Shown piece by piece: positions 63,582 through 64,000 of a stretch of 64,000 nt of DNA (the first letter of the stretch is position 1; every line of letters begins with the position of its first letter). A program made the position numbers and the translations under genes. This DNA comes from an uncultured Actinomycetota bacterium (GTDB lineage: Bacteria; Actinomycetota; Actinomycetes; Propionibacteriales; Propionibacteriaceae). The stretch covers positions 266,578 to 330,577 of the forward strand of contig CAWCOM010000010.1 of NCBI GenBank assembly GCA_963797165.1, read 5' to 3'. Under the pieces are notes generated by a model that had not been told where the DNA came from, did no database searches, and saw nothing but the letters and a program-made list of their open reading frames with translations.

Positions 63582-64000
63582 GCTGTCCCTCCGCCGGACG
63601 TACGCGATCTTGCTAGGCTCGCGGATCCGCAGCCAGTACGCGTACCGGACGAGCTTCTGGCTGACGGTCGCGACCTCGTTCGGGATCGGCATCGTCGAGT
63701 TCAGCGAAATCTACGTGATCATGCACAACGTCCCGGTGTTCGGCGGCCTCGACTTCCGGCAGGCTGCCTTGGTGTTCGCCCTGGCCAACATCGCGTTCTC
63801 GCTGGCAGACCTCGTGTTCGGACAGCTGGACGGCATGCCGACCAACATCCGGCTCGGCCGGCTCGAGGTCATGCTCGTCAGGCCGATGCCGTTGCTGGCC
63901 CAGTTGATCACGTCGGACTTCCAGCTGCGTCGGCTCGGCCGAGTCGCGGTCGGCGTGGTGATCGCCGCGATTGCGCTGCCGGGACTAGATATCAGCTACA
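63574..64000 (+). CDS. Second ABC-2-type exporter permease (truncated by window end)
   Basis: Open frame not listed in the track: MAELSLRRTYAILLGSRIRSQYAYRTSFW...IRLGRLEVMLVRP...FQLRRLGR; overlaps the upstream stop. Confidence 0.85.
   Translation, partial: MAELSLRRTYAILLGSRIRSQYAYRTSFWLTVATSFGIGIVEFSEIYVIMHNVPVFGGLDFRQAALVFALANIAFSLADLVFGQLDGMPTNIRLGRLEVMLVRPMPLLAQLITSDFQLRRLGRVAVGVVIAAIALPGLDISY

Overview
High-GC actinobacterial chromosome segment; the gene content suggests a Propionibacteriales-like organism, which is an inference. The backbone is the conserved heat-shock/purine neighbourhood: dnaK-grpE-dnaJ-hspR and clpB, each preceded by two HAIR operators, then pyrE, DedA, a TrmH-type methyltransferase, fbaA, DUF3151, purA, purD and purB. 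Accessory blocks are inserted into it: a two-component pair split by an unknown Cys-tailed protein; a class E sortase; xylulokinase; pullulanase; a FadR/asparagine-permease/GluB/DUF294-nucleotidyltransferase/metallophosphoesterase cluster; a complete histidine-utilisation cluster; a GH32 sugar ABC locus with two LacI regulators; and the start of an ABC-2 exporter. I found no tRNA, rRNA, CRISPR array, transposase or integrase. The non-coding DNA is unusually structured. It holds a perfect 161-bp x3.4 hairpin-rich tandem array overlapping a promoter, at least three families of dispersed REP-like palindromes (one inside the hutU 3' end), two canonical G-quadruplex motifs, and a low-GC 560-bp region before the ABC-2 genes. 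Seven genes carry single-base frameshifts. Three are the same CCG->CCCG overcall, so most are probably sequencing errors; the AI-2E gene also has a real internal deletion. The best candidates for new biology are the DUF294 nucleotidyltransferase + phosphoesterase pair (a possible writer/eraser) and the structured tandem array. All product calls come from motif recognition only; no database searches were run.
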